Part shown: positions 50,387 through 60,218 of the stretch, one piece after another
How positions within the stretch are numbered: position 1 is the stretch's first letter
Layout of the letters: each line of letters begins with the position of its first letter
Source: Bryobacterales bacterium
Lineage (GTDB): Bacteria; Acidobacteriota; Terriglobia; Bryobacterales; UBA6623
DNA: 64,000 bases
Assembly (NCBI GenBank): GCA_963422375.2
Contig: OY729428.2
Coordinates: 384,001-448,000 of the forward strand
Direction: 5' to 3'
Position numbers and translations under genes: made by a program
Notes under the pieces: model-generated
Database searches by the model: none
The model's input: only the letters and a program-made list of their open reading frames with translations
What the model was told of the DNA's origin: nothing

Positions 50387-53335
50387 ATGCGCCCAGCCGC
50401 CCTCCGAACACTCGCCGCGACGCTTTGCGCAGCCTCCCTGCTCCCGGGCCAGTCGTCAACGCAGACGACGCTGCGCAACCCTCCCCCGGGAGCCACCCAC
50501 GCGCTGCTGGTGACCTTCGGCGTCGGCGCCAAGACCCAGACCGCCTGGGACGGGAGCCTAGAGGTCGAGAACGGCGAGCTGGTGGAGCTGATCGGCTACG
50601 AGATGGGGCGGGACGACGTGATCCACCCGCCGCGACGGTGGGAGATGTCCACGCGACCGGCCTTTCCGTTCAGCCGCCGGAACCATGACGAGGGCATTCT
50701 CCAGGATTTGCCGCCCGACACCTACCTGACGCCGCGGTTCTACGTGTACCTCAACGGCTCGCCCGCCACCGAAGTCGCGTTCCGAACGGAGCAGGGAGAC
50801 TTCTCGGTCCGCGTGGCGGACCTGCCCGCGGTCGGAGGGGCGGAATTCGTGGACGGCAGGGCCCGCGTGGCGCGGGCCCCGATCGCGGCGCTGCTAGGCC
50901 GGGGAGACCCCGGGCCGCCAGACAGGCGGCTGACGGACAATGACTTCGCTTCCGTCGAGGTGGCCTCGGACGATTCGGTTTGGGTCGCCTACAGCGGGTT
51001 CGACGGGGATTCCGACCGAGTCTACGCGGACCGGCTGCTGCCCGGGCAGCCCGTGGGCTCTCCGAACGGCCCTAGTGCAGTGAGCGGGGCCGGCGGAGAC
51101 GTCTATCGCACGACCGTCGCCGAAGACGCGGAGGGCAAGATCTGGGTGGCATGGTCCGAGCAGGTCGGGGGCAACTGGGATCTCTACGCCCGCGCGTTCG
51201 ACGGCGAGGGCTGGGGCCGGATCGAGCGGCTGACGTCAGCCGCCCAGCCCGACATCCACCACAAGGCCGCGCGCGACCCGCAGGGAGGGATTCACCTGGT
51301 GTGGCAGGGCGCCCGCGGCAACCGCTTCGGCATTTTCCACAGGAGCTACGACGTCCGGACGGGCTGGAGCGAGGCCGCGCGCGTGAGTTCGCCCTCGGCA
51401 GGCAACTGCTGGGAACCGTCGATCGCGATCGACAGCACCGGCACGGTGTCGGTGGCATGGGACCAGTACAGCGAGGCGACGGGCTACGACGTATACCTGG
51501 CGAGGAAGGCCGGAGCGAATTGGGACGCCCCCCGGCCGGTCGCGCGCACCGGGCGATTCGAAGCCTACGCCACCGTGACGGCGGACTCGCAGGACCGTAT
51601 CTGGATCGCGTGGCACGAATCCGGGATCAACTGGGGCAAGGACTGGGGATACCCGTTCGACATCCAGGCGAACGCCACCGGCCTGTACAACTCGCGCAGC
51701 ATCCGCATGGCCGTCTACGACCGGGGCCAGCTGCGCGCTCCGGCCGCGAGTCTCGCGGCGTCCCTGCCCGACCCCGGTCCCGGCAACAATTTCTACGAGT
51801 ACCCGCAGCTAGCCGTCGACGGAGCCAACAGGATCTGGGCGCTCTTCCGCCACCGGCGGCCGATGCAGCACAACGTCTACTGGCGCACGCCGTCGCATCA
51901 CGCCCTGTGGGAGGTCTACGCCAGCTATTACGACGGCGAGTCGTGGTCGCCGATGCTCCTGCTGCCCTATTCGACCGGGCGAGCGGACATGCGGGTCGAG
52001 ACCGCAACGGACTCTTCCGGGCGCCTGGTCGCTGCGTACCCCACTGACCGGCGCAGCTTCCGGGACTTCGTCAACGTGATGCTCGACATCTTCGTGACGC
52101 GCCTGCCCGCACCGGAGGGCGGCACGGCCTCCCACCGGCTGCGCGGTTACCAGTTGCCGCCCGCGGAGGCCGCCCGCCAGCCGCCGAACCGGCCCGGGCG
52201 CGAGATGGCCGCGAGCGAGCCAGTCCACCCCAACGACGAGCGGGACGTGGCGAGGATCCGGAACTACGTCTACGAGATCGGCGGCCGACGCTACAAGATC
52301 TACCGCGGGGACATGCACCGCCACACCGAAATCTCCTGGGACGGCTACAACGACGGCTCCACCGAAGACACCTACCGCTACGCCATCGATCCCGGGGCGC
52401 TGGACTTCCTAGCGATCACCGAGCACAACTTCGGCGTCGCCGACGAGTACGACTGGTTCCGCAGCCAGAAGTACGCGGACATCTTCCGGGTGGGTTCATC
52501 CTTCGTGCCGCTGTTCGCCTACGAACGCTCGATCAAGTACCCCAACGGCCACCGCAACGTGGTCTTCCCGTACCGCGGCGCGCCGATCCTCGACTACCAG
52601 CACTACGAATGGGGGCCGAACGCGAGCTACGCCCGCCAGGGCCCGGAGCGATTCTTCGCGTACCTCCGCAAGTACAAGGGCATCGCCATGGCGCACACGT
52701 CGGGCACCGACATGGGCACCGACTGGGCCGACTACGACCCCGAGGTGGAGCCGATCGTCGAGATTTACCAGAGCGACCGCAACAGCTACGAATGCGAGGG
52801 CTGCTGGCGCTCGGCGCCGACGGACGAGCCCAAGAAGCAGTTCGGTGGCTACAGGCCCGACGGGATGGTCTCGGCGGCCTGGGCGAAGGGCTACCGACTC
52901 GGCGTGCAGGCGAGTTCTGACCACCTCGCCGTGCATACGTCGTACTCGATGCTGCTGGCCGAGGAGAACTCGCGCAACTCCCTGGTCAGCGCGATCCGGG
53001 CGCGGCGGACCTACGGGGCGACGGACAACATCATCGTGGATTTCCGGCTTGTCGACGGCACCCGCGAATACCTCATGGGGGAGGAGGCGGCCATCGCCGG
53101 ACCGCCGACCTTCCGCATGCACGTGGAAGGCACCGACAGGCTCGGGGAGATCGAGGTCGTCAAGAACAACCAGCGCGTCTACCGGCAGACCCCCGGAACG
53201 CAGGTCGCAGACTTCGAGTACCGCGACAGCGGCACGCCGGGCGAGGAAGCGGACTTCTACTACGTGCGCGTGCGCCAGTCCGACCGCGACAAGCAGGTGG
53301 CTTGGAGCTCGCCCATCTGGGTAACCGGGCGCTAG
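50387..53335 (+). CDS. Large secreted protein: beta-propeller-like repeats plus a PHP-like metallohydrolase (DUF3604/CehA-McbA-like)
   Basis: Signal peptide; D..G.iWvAW repeats; GDMHRHTEIS.DG, DFLAITEH, GHRNV, ASSDH, RRTYGAT, YYVRVRQ...AWSSPIWV. Confidence 0.78.
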   Translation: MRPAALRTLAATLCAASLLPGQSSTQTTLRNPPPGATHALLVTFGVGAKTQTAWDGSLEVENGELVELIGYEMGRDDVIHPPRRWEMSTRPAFPFSRRNHDEGILQDLPPDTYLTPRFYVYLNGSPATEVAFRTEQGDFSVRVADLPAVGGAEFVDGRARVARAPIAALLGRGDPGPPDRRLTDNDFASVEVASDDSVWVAYSGFDGDSDRVYADRLLPGQPVGSPNGPSAVSGAGGDVYRTTVAEDAEGKIWVAWSEQVGGNWDLYARAFDGEGWGRIERLTSAAQPDIHHKAARDPQGGIHLVWQGARGNRFGIFHRSYDVRTGWSEAARVSSPSAGNCWEPSIAIDSTGTVSVAWDQYSEATGYDVYLARKAGANWDAPRPVARTGRFEAYATVTADSQDRIWIAWHESGINWGKDWGYPFDIQANATGLYNSRSIRMAVYDRGQLRAPAASLAASLPDPGPGNNFYEYPQLAVDGANRIWALFRHRRPMQHNVYWRTPSHHALWEVYASYYDGESWSPMLLLPYSTGRADMRVETATDSSGRLVAAYPTDRRSFRDFVNVMLDIFVTRLPAPEGGTASHRLRGYQLPPAEAARQPPNRPGREMAASEPVHPNDERDVARIRNYVYEIGGRRYKIYRGDMHRHTEISWDGYNDGSTEDTYRYAIDPGALDFLAITEHNFGVADEYDWFRSQKYADIFRVGSSFVPLFAYERSIKYPNGHRNVVFPYRGAPILDYQHYEWGPNASYARQGPERFFAYLRKYKGIAMAHTSGTDMGTDWADYDPEVEPIVEIYQSDRNSYECEGCWRSAPTDEPKKQFGGYRPDGMVSAAWAKGYRLGVQASSDHLAVHTSYSMLLAEENSRNSLVSAIRARRTYGATDNIIVDFRLVDGTREYLMGEEAAIAGPPTFRMHVEGTDRLGEIEVVKNNQRVYRQTPGTQVADFEYRDSGTPGEEADFYYVRVRQSDRDKQVAWSSPIWVTGR

Positions 53336-53486
53336 CCGCGGGCTCCGGGCCGGGGCCCGCAGGCGTCAACGCAGGAGGGGCTTCCCGCCGACGCGGGAAC
53401 CAGCCGCCCCGGCAGCGCCGCGTTCGGAATGCCCCGGAAGGGGATTTCGTCTGGACCGGGCGGCGCGCTCGCCCGAGGCTCCGGCC

Positions 53487-54497
53487 TTACACCGCGAAGC
53501 CGTGCTGCCTGCGGTGGTGCGGCCCGTCGAACTGCTGCGTCGACTTGAACCTCTCGTGCCGGCCGTCGCCGGCCACGTCGGCGACTCGCGACACTAGCAC
53601 CGCCTTGGCCTCGTCGGTCATCGGCTTGAAGTTCCGCCCGACCGCGATATCGGCCTTCAGCTCTTCCAAGGAGCGGATCCCTACCACGACCGTGGAAACC
53701 GGCAAGCTGAGGGCGTAGCGCCGGCACTCGGCATGCGTGAGCGAGGTCTTCGACGGGAGCTCGCCTCGGGGCGACCCGCCGCCAAGGCTCTTCATGCCCA
53801 CCACGCCCACGTCGAGCGCCAAGCACAGGGGGACGACTTCCTTCTGGAAGCTGCGGTAGTGCGCGTCCATTACGTTGATGGGCATCTGGGACGTGTCCCA
53901 GTCATAGGGCTTGTTGAGCATCTTGGCGTGGATGCTGGGATCCTTGTGCCCAGTGAAACCGATGTAGCGCACCTTGCCGGCCTTGCGCGCTTCGAGGGCC
54001 GCCTTGAGGCCGCCCTTGTCGAACACCCAGTCGGGGTCGGAGTCGTAGACCATCTCGTGGAACTGCCACAGGTCGATACGGTCGGTCTTCATGCGCCGCA
54101 AGCTGTCCTCGAGGTTGCTCATGGAGCCCTTGTAGTCGCGCTCGCAGTTCTTGGTCATCAGGAAGACCTTGTCGCGCTTGCCGGGCTCGGACATGGCACG
54201 GCCCATGATCTCCTCGGACCCGCCGTCGTGGTAGTCCCAGGCGTTGTCGAAGAAGGTCATTCCCTCGTCGATCGCCGCATGCATGATCCGAATCGCTTCC
54301 GACTTGTCCTGGACCGCGCCGATGTGCCAGCCGCCGAGGCACAGGATCGAAACCTGCTCGCCGGTGCGGCCCAAGCGCCGTGTGGGCAGGCCGTTCGGGC
54401 TGTCCTGCTGGGCCAGCGCCTGCTGGGCCAGCGCGCCGGCGGCAGCGCTTCCGAACATTCCCTGGAAGAACGAGCGACGAGTAGCGTCGAGCGGCAT
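53487..54497 (-). CDS. Aldo/keto reductase with Tat signal
   Basis: TRRSFF, RRLGRTGEQVS, FFDNAWDY..G.SE, FLMTK, SLRRMKTDRIDL, GKVRYIGFTGH. Confidence 0.93.
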   Translation of the reverse strand: MPLDATRRSFFQGMFGSAAAGALAQQALAQQDSPNGLPTRRLGRTGEQVSILCLGGWHIGAVQDKSEAIRIMHAAIDEGMTFFDNAWDYHDGGSEEIMGRAMSEPGKRDKVFLMTKNCERDYKGSMSNLEDSLRRMKTDRIDLWQFHEMVYDSDPDWVFDKGGLKAALEARKAGKVRYIGFTGHKDPSIHAKMLNKPYDWDTSQMPINVMDAHYRSFQKEVVPLCLALDVGVVGMKSLGGGSPRGELPSKTSLTHAECRRYALSLPVSTVVVGIRSLEELKADIAVGRNFKPMTDEAKAVLVSRVADVAGDGRHERFKSTQQFDGPHHRRQHGFAV

Positions 54498-54744
54498 CGT
54501 GAACCTCCTGCGCCGGTGCGACGCCGCCCCATGGTACAGGATTCCGCGCCAGCGGGCTCGAGACTCGGACTCCAGCGGCCGGGACGCCCCGTCGTCCGGC
54601 GGACGGGCCTCGAGTGCGCCGAACGCCCTTGCCGGCTTGCGGGACCGGGAACCGCCGCGAACGGACGGTAGGCGATGATGGAGGTCCGTGTTTCGCGCCG
54701 GCCCGGTTTCGCCCGCGAGACCCGGCTCGGCACCAACAAGTCCA

Positions 54745-56378
54745 ATGAACGTCTCGAGAGCCGTCGCGAAGATGCTCAAGCAGGAAGGCGTGGAGCGGCT
54801 TTTCGCCTATCCGGTCAATCCGGTGATCGAGAGCTGCGCCGAGGAGAACATCCGAACCGTGATCGTGCGGCAGGAGCGGACCGGCCTGCACATGGCGGAC
54901 GCGGTCGGCCGCCTCAGTTCCGGACGCAAGGTGGGTGTGTTCGCCATGCAACACGGCCCCGGCGCGGAGAACTCGTTCGGCGGGGTCGCGCAAGCCTACA
55001 GCGAATCGGTCCCGCTGATGGTCCTGCCCGCCGGCTACGCGCGCGGGCGCGCCGGCGTGCACCCGCACTTCGGCTCGCTGGAGAACTACCGCGGCGTCAC
55101 CAAGTCGGTCGAGCGGGTCACGGTCCCGGCCGCGGTGCCCGGCGCGCCTTCACGCAGGCCAAGAACGGCCGCCCGGGCCCCTGCATGGTCGAGATCCCCT
55201 GGGATCTATTCGGCTCCGAGTTCCCCGGCGGGCTGGACTACCGCCCGTCGATTCGCACCCTCAGCGGGCCGGACCCCGACGCCGTGCGCGAGGCAGCGCG
55301 GATTCTAGTCGACGCGGACCTTCCGGTGATCTACGCGGGGCAAGGAGTCCACTACGGGAAGGCTTGGCGGGAACTTCGGGAATTGGTCGACCTACTCGAG
55401 GCCCCCGTGACCACCAGCATCGAGGGCAAGAGCGCGATTCCGGAATCGCATCCGCTCTCGCTGCAGTCCGGCGGCAGGGCCTACTCCAAGGCAATGGACG
55501 TATTCCTCCGCCGTGCCGACATTGTTCTCGGCGTCGGCGCCAGCTTCACGCAGACGGCCTTCGGCATACCGTGGGGCAACTACCTCGCGGACACGACCGT
55601 GATCCAGTCCACGGTTGACACGGCGGACCTGCACAAGGACGTGCCAATCGACCTCGGGCTCGTGGGCGACGCGCGTCTCACCCTCGCGGCCCTCGTCGAC
55701 GAAGTCCGCCGCCTGCTCCCGGAGCCGCGTGGCCGCGCTGCGTCGCTAGCGAGCGAGATCGCCGCGATCCACGGCGAGTGGCGCGCCGCGTGGAGCGCGA
55801 AGCTCGACTCCGAGGACACGCCGATCAATCCCTACCGCGTCATTCGCGACCTGCTGAACACGGTCGACGTGGCCAATGCGATCATCACCCATGACGCGGG
55901 GAGCCCGCGTGACCAGCTGACGCCGTTCTGGGAGTGCCAGGCTCCGCTGAGCTACATCGGCTGGGGCAAGACTACGCAGCTCGGCTACGGGCTGGGCCTG
56001 GCCATGGGGGCCAAGCTGGAACATCCCGACAAGCTCTGCATCAACTGGTGGGGCGACGCCGCGATCGGATTCACCGGAATGGACTTCGAGACCGCGGTGC
56101 GAGAGCGCATACCGATCCTATCCGTGCTGTCGAACAACTTCTGCATGGCGATCGAGCTTCCGATCATGCGGACAGCGACTAGAAAGTACGGCAGCACCGA
56201 CATCTCCGGCAACTACGCGGCATTCGCGAACGCGCTTGGCGGATACGGGGAGAGAGTCAGCGACCCCGCGGAAATCGTTCCTGCGATCCGTCGCGGAATC
56301 GCCAAGACAGAGCAGGGAGTGCCTGCCCTGCTCGAGTTCATCACGTCGAAGGAGCAGGAGATCTCGCGGTTCGCGTAG
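54745..56378 (+). pseudogene. Thiamine-diphosphate-dependent enzyme (acetolactate synthase-like), frameshifted near 55140
   Basis: Frame 1: RQERTGLHMADA, QHGPGAEN. Frame 2: RRAFTQAKNGRPGP.MVEIP, PVIYAGQG, HDAGSPRDQ, GDAAIG. The frameshift may be a sequencing error. Confidence 0.85.
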
Positions 56379-56605
56379 CGCTTCGCCGGCGCGGCAGGTG
56401 GCGCTCGATATTGCTCAGGGATGGGCGCGGTCGAGGTGCGGGCGGAGCGGGACCTCGTATGCCGGACAGCGGCTCCGTCGCTGCCGGGCATCACTGTTCG
56501 AGGCCCGGCCCGCTTTACCAGGACGGTGCCGAGGCCGTCGCCAAGCATCGGGGTCCGAGAACCCGCTTCGGAGCTCGTCGCTGAGCACAGCCTTCGCCCG
56601 GAACG

Positions 56606-58347
56606 CAGCGGTTCTAAATTTGGCCGTCAAGGGGTGCGTGAACGTTGTTTCGGAGGATGAGGTGAATCAGTTGACCGAGAGGTTGCGCTCCGGAGGCCGC
56701 CCCGCGGGAGCGTCGGACGGCGGGCAGGGCCGTGGCGCGGCCCGCGTCGCGGGTCCGCGGAGTGCCGAGCCCGCGGCCGGACGCACTCCGGCGGTAGCCG
56801 GCTGCGACGGTCGGCCGCTGGCCGGACGCTGCCGGCACGAAACTGCGCGGAGTCCAGGCCCCGGCCGCCTGGCAGCCCGGAGGCGCGCGTCCGGCGCGCA
56901 CCGCCGCCAGCAGAGTCGGCCGGTCCGGAAAGCGGAACCAGCGCAGCGCGACCTCCAGCTCCTGGAACAGGGCGCGGCGCGTGACCGGCTGGCGCCGGCA
57001 CTGCTGCCACAGCGCACAGACGCACTGCACCACGGCCTGCACCACGGCCTGCACCACGGCGTGGAGCGCGAAGGCGAACAGGTTCGGCACGGCCGGCACG
57101 TTGGCCAGCCCTTCCTTGCCGTGCCCGAAGTTGCAGTTGCGGCCGTGCCGCGCCAGGCAGTTGAAGCCCTCGTTCTCGATCTTCCAGCGCGCCCGGCCGG
57201 CCCGCGCGATCCGCTCCGCGTTGTCCGCGTTGTCCGCGAGACCGGTGAAGAAGCTGCTGGCGCAGGTGCGCTTGCCGCCGCGCTCCATGGCGTACTCGAT
57301 CCAAGTGCCCCGCAGGGCGTCGCGGCCCTTGCGCAGGGGCACCGCGGCCGTCCGGCGGAAACGGTGCCGCTCGGACCGCTTGCCCTTCCCGCGCTGCGGC
57401 AGCCCGCCGGTCGAGCGCACCGCGCCGCTCGCCCGCCGGCTCTCCGGCACCTCGTGCAAGTGCTTGCGGGATCCGGGCTTGCATACCCGGATGCAGTCCA
57501 TGCCGGCCGCCGCGGCGGCCTCGCAGACCGGCTGGCAGCAGTGCAGGTCGTCGCCCGGCAGGACGGGGCGGCAGGCCTGCAGCCAGGCGCCGCGAGCGGC
57601 GAGCCAGCGTTTGGCGGCGTTGCGCTCGCAGTCCCGCTTGCGCTCGTCCTCGCTCATGTCGGCGCGGGTCGCGGCCACGTCCTGCTGCGGGCACGCGAAC
57701 TCGGGCATCAGCGGCAGGACCGTGGCGTGGCCGTCGGCCACCGCGGTGGCCGCGACCATGGCGTGGAAGTGATGCGGCCGGCGCTCGCTGCCGACGCGCC
57801 GCACCGAGCACTGCGGGCAATGCACCCTGTCGGAGCGGTGGAACCGGACGCCGTCCGGAGCCGCCGGCAGGCGCCCGTCGAGGCGCTGGAAGGGCGCGAG
57901 CGCGCCCTGCGCGGCCACGGTTGCGAGGCACGGCCGGAACAGCGGGTCGAACGCGGCCGGGTCGCGGTCGTCGAGCAAGTTGCGGATCCGCTTGTCGCAG
58001 GGGCTGCGGCCCGCGCCGAACAGGGTCCGGCAGTTGGAGCGCGAGCCGTCCCGCTCCATGCGCCGCTGGAACGCGAGCAACGACTCGCACCGGGTGCAGA
58101 AGCAGGCCGGGGCGCACCAGGGCGCAACCGGCGGCGTCGCTGACCTCGTAGCGCTTGTTGCTGCGACCCTCGCGCCGGTCGGGCCGGCCGGCGGCCGTCT
58201 CGCGGAAGGCGCTCGGCAGCGCGTCCAGGACATGGGGCATTCACCCTAGCTCACACATTCCGCTAGCAAAAGTCAAGTGCCAGACTGCCTGCGACACCTT
58301 TCTCAGACACTCTGGAAATCCCCAAAGGCCCAAATTGAGAATCGCTG
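56606..58347 (-). mobile_element. ISNCY-like insertion sequence, copy 2 (degenerate)
   Basis: Same ends as 29280-31938, inverted; transposase frameshifted by a 10-bp duplication at 58107-58126; no matching TSD. Confidence 0.9.
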
Positions 58348-58718
58348 CTGCCCGACGCGACTGCGGAGACTGCCCTGCCGGCCGTCCAGCAGGAGCTCGC
58401 TCTCTCGCTCGGGCCTATGCTCGCCCCCGCCAGCGGCGAGAGCACCGGCTGGTCCGCACATCCCGGCCCCGTCCGAACTTCCGCTCGATGCGACTTCCGC
58501 CCTTCGCGGGCCGCTACTGGATGGCCCCGGGCAGCTTCGTGCCCGCCTCCCTTGGCGCGATAACTGGCATGGCGCCACCTCCGGGAACAAGCCTTCCCTC
58601 CGGAGGCCGGAATCTTGGGCGCGCTCGCCAGACCTCGGGGCGGAACTCAACCCTTGGAATCGCAGCGAGTCTAGCGACCTGATTCTCGCAACGAGACTGA
58701 GTGGCCGGCGCGCTTCCT

Positions 58719-60143
58719 CTACGCTCCGGGCCTCGAGGGCCCGCTCTCGAGCCGCGACCGCATGGCCTGCAGGATGTCGGCGTGGCTCGCGTCCGCGGCC
58801 AAGTTCGTGAATTCGCGCGGGTCGTTCTCGTGGTCGTAGAGCTCGTCGCCGCCGCCGTCGCCCTCCCAGCGGATGTAACGGTAGCGGGCGGTCCGGACCG
58901 TGCGGCCATAGATCCGGTCCTCCCACTGGACCTGCGAGAACGCCGAGTCCTTGACCGAACCAGCAGGATCGTCGAGAAGAGGCCCGAGGCTGACCCCTTC
59001 CAAGTCCGCCGGGGGCTCGAGACCGCACAAGTCCGCCAGTGTCGGGTACAGATCCACGAACTCGACCAAGGCGCGGGACGACTCGCCCGCGCCGCGAGCG
59101 CCGGGAGCGGAAACGATCAGAGGCGCCCGGACCGAATCCTCCATCAGGCTCATCTTCTGCCAGTGGGTGTGCTCGCCGAGATGCCAGCCGTGATCCCCGA
59201 AGAAGACGACGACGGTACGGTCGGCGAGGCCGAGACTCTCCAGCTCTCCGAGGACCCTGCCGACCTGCTCGTCCATGAAGGACACCGACGCGTAGTAGCC
59301 GCGGAGCGCCAGGCGCTGGTTCTCCTCGCTCATGCCCATCTGGTGCCAGAGAAACGGGCGCAGATTCTTGGCGGGAGCCGGAATGTCGTCCAGATCGTCG
59401 GGTGGGTTCGAGACCAGCTCGATCTCGTCGAGCGGGTACATGTCGAAGAAGCGCGAAGGGGCGACGAAGGGCGTGTGCGGCCGCACGAAGCCCAGCCCTA
59501 GGAAGAACGGCTGGCCAGCGGACTCGCGCAGCAAGCGGATCGCCGTGTCGGCGGCCGCGCTGTCCGCCTGGCCCTCGGCGTCCGCCGTCTGGACCCACTG
59601 CATCTTGAGCCCGTGCCGCAGGTCCGGATTCGGGTCGCCGCCGGGGCCGACGCTCTCGTTCTCGAGGCCGGGAGGGCTGATCGAGACGTCCCAGGACGGG
59701 GGATCCTGGTGGGTCATCGTGCCCACGCCTCCGGGCACGCCCATGTGGAAGAGCTTGCCGACCCGCATCGACCTCCGGCCGGAGTTCCTGAACATCTGGG
59801 GCAGCGTAACGGTGCCGGGCCGCCATTCGCGGAAATCGACCTTGCGATTGGTGACGACGCCGACGGTGTCCGGACGCAGGCCCGTCATCAGGGAGGCGCG
59901 GCTCGGGCCGCAAAACGGGAACTGGCAGTAGGCGTTGTCGAAACGCACGCCGCGCGAGGCTAGCCGGTCGATGTGAGGCGACTTGACCGCGGGGTGGCCG
60001 TAGCATCCCAGCGTCCCCGTGAGATCGTCGGAGGCGATGAAGAGGACGTTCAGGGGCGGGGTGTCGCGGGAGCAGGCGCCAGCCCCGGCGGCAAGCGAGG
60101 CTGCGAACTCCCGGCGCGAAATCAAGGCGGGCACGTCGGCCAT
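58719..60143 (-). CDS. Sulfatase (iduronate-2-sulfatase/choline sulfatase-like), Tat/lipoprotein signal
   Basis: SRREF...GACS, NVLFIASDDL, CGPSRASLMTG, GKLFH, RPHTPF, GDHGWHLGEH. Confidence 0.93.
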   Translation of the reverse strand: MADVPALISRREFAASLAAGAGACSRDTPPLNVLFIASDDLTGTLGCYGHPAVKSPHIDRLASRGVRFDNAYCQFPFCGPSRASLMTGLRPDTVGVVTNRKVDFREWRPGTVTLPQMFRNSGRRSMRVGKLFHMGVPGGVGTMTHQDPPSWDVSISPPGLENESVGPGGDPNPDLRHGLKMQWVQTADAEGQADSAAADTAIRLLRESAGQPFFLGLGFVRPHTPFVAPSRFFDMYPLDEIELVSNPPDDLDDIPAPAKNLRPFLWHQMGMSEENQRLALRGYYASVSFMDEQVGRVLGELESLGLADRTVVVFFGDHGWHLGEHTHWQKMSLMEDSVRAPLIVSAPGARGAGESSRALVEFVDLYPTLADLCGLEPPADLEGVSLGPLLDDPAGSVKDSAFSQVQWEDRIYGRTVRTARYRYIRWEGDGGGDELYDHENDPREFTNLAADASHADILQAMRSRLESGPSRPGA

Positions 60144-60218
60144 TATGCTGCACCACCGGCTTCGGCGGCCGGGCAACCGGACGGCGCGGCGACGGGCGGC
60201 GCGCGAGCCACCCTGGAA

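Noticed and set aside
29280..58347. Inversion between the inverted ISNCY copies
   Set aside because: Copy 1 keeps both TSD halves, so its flanks were not swapped.
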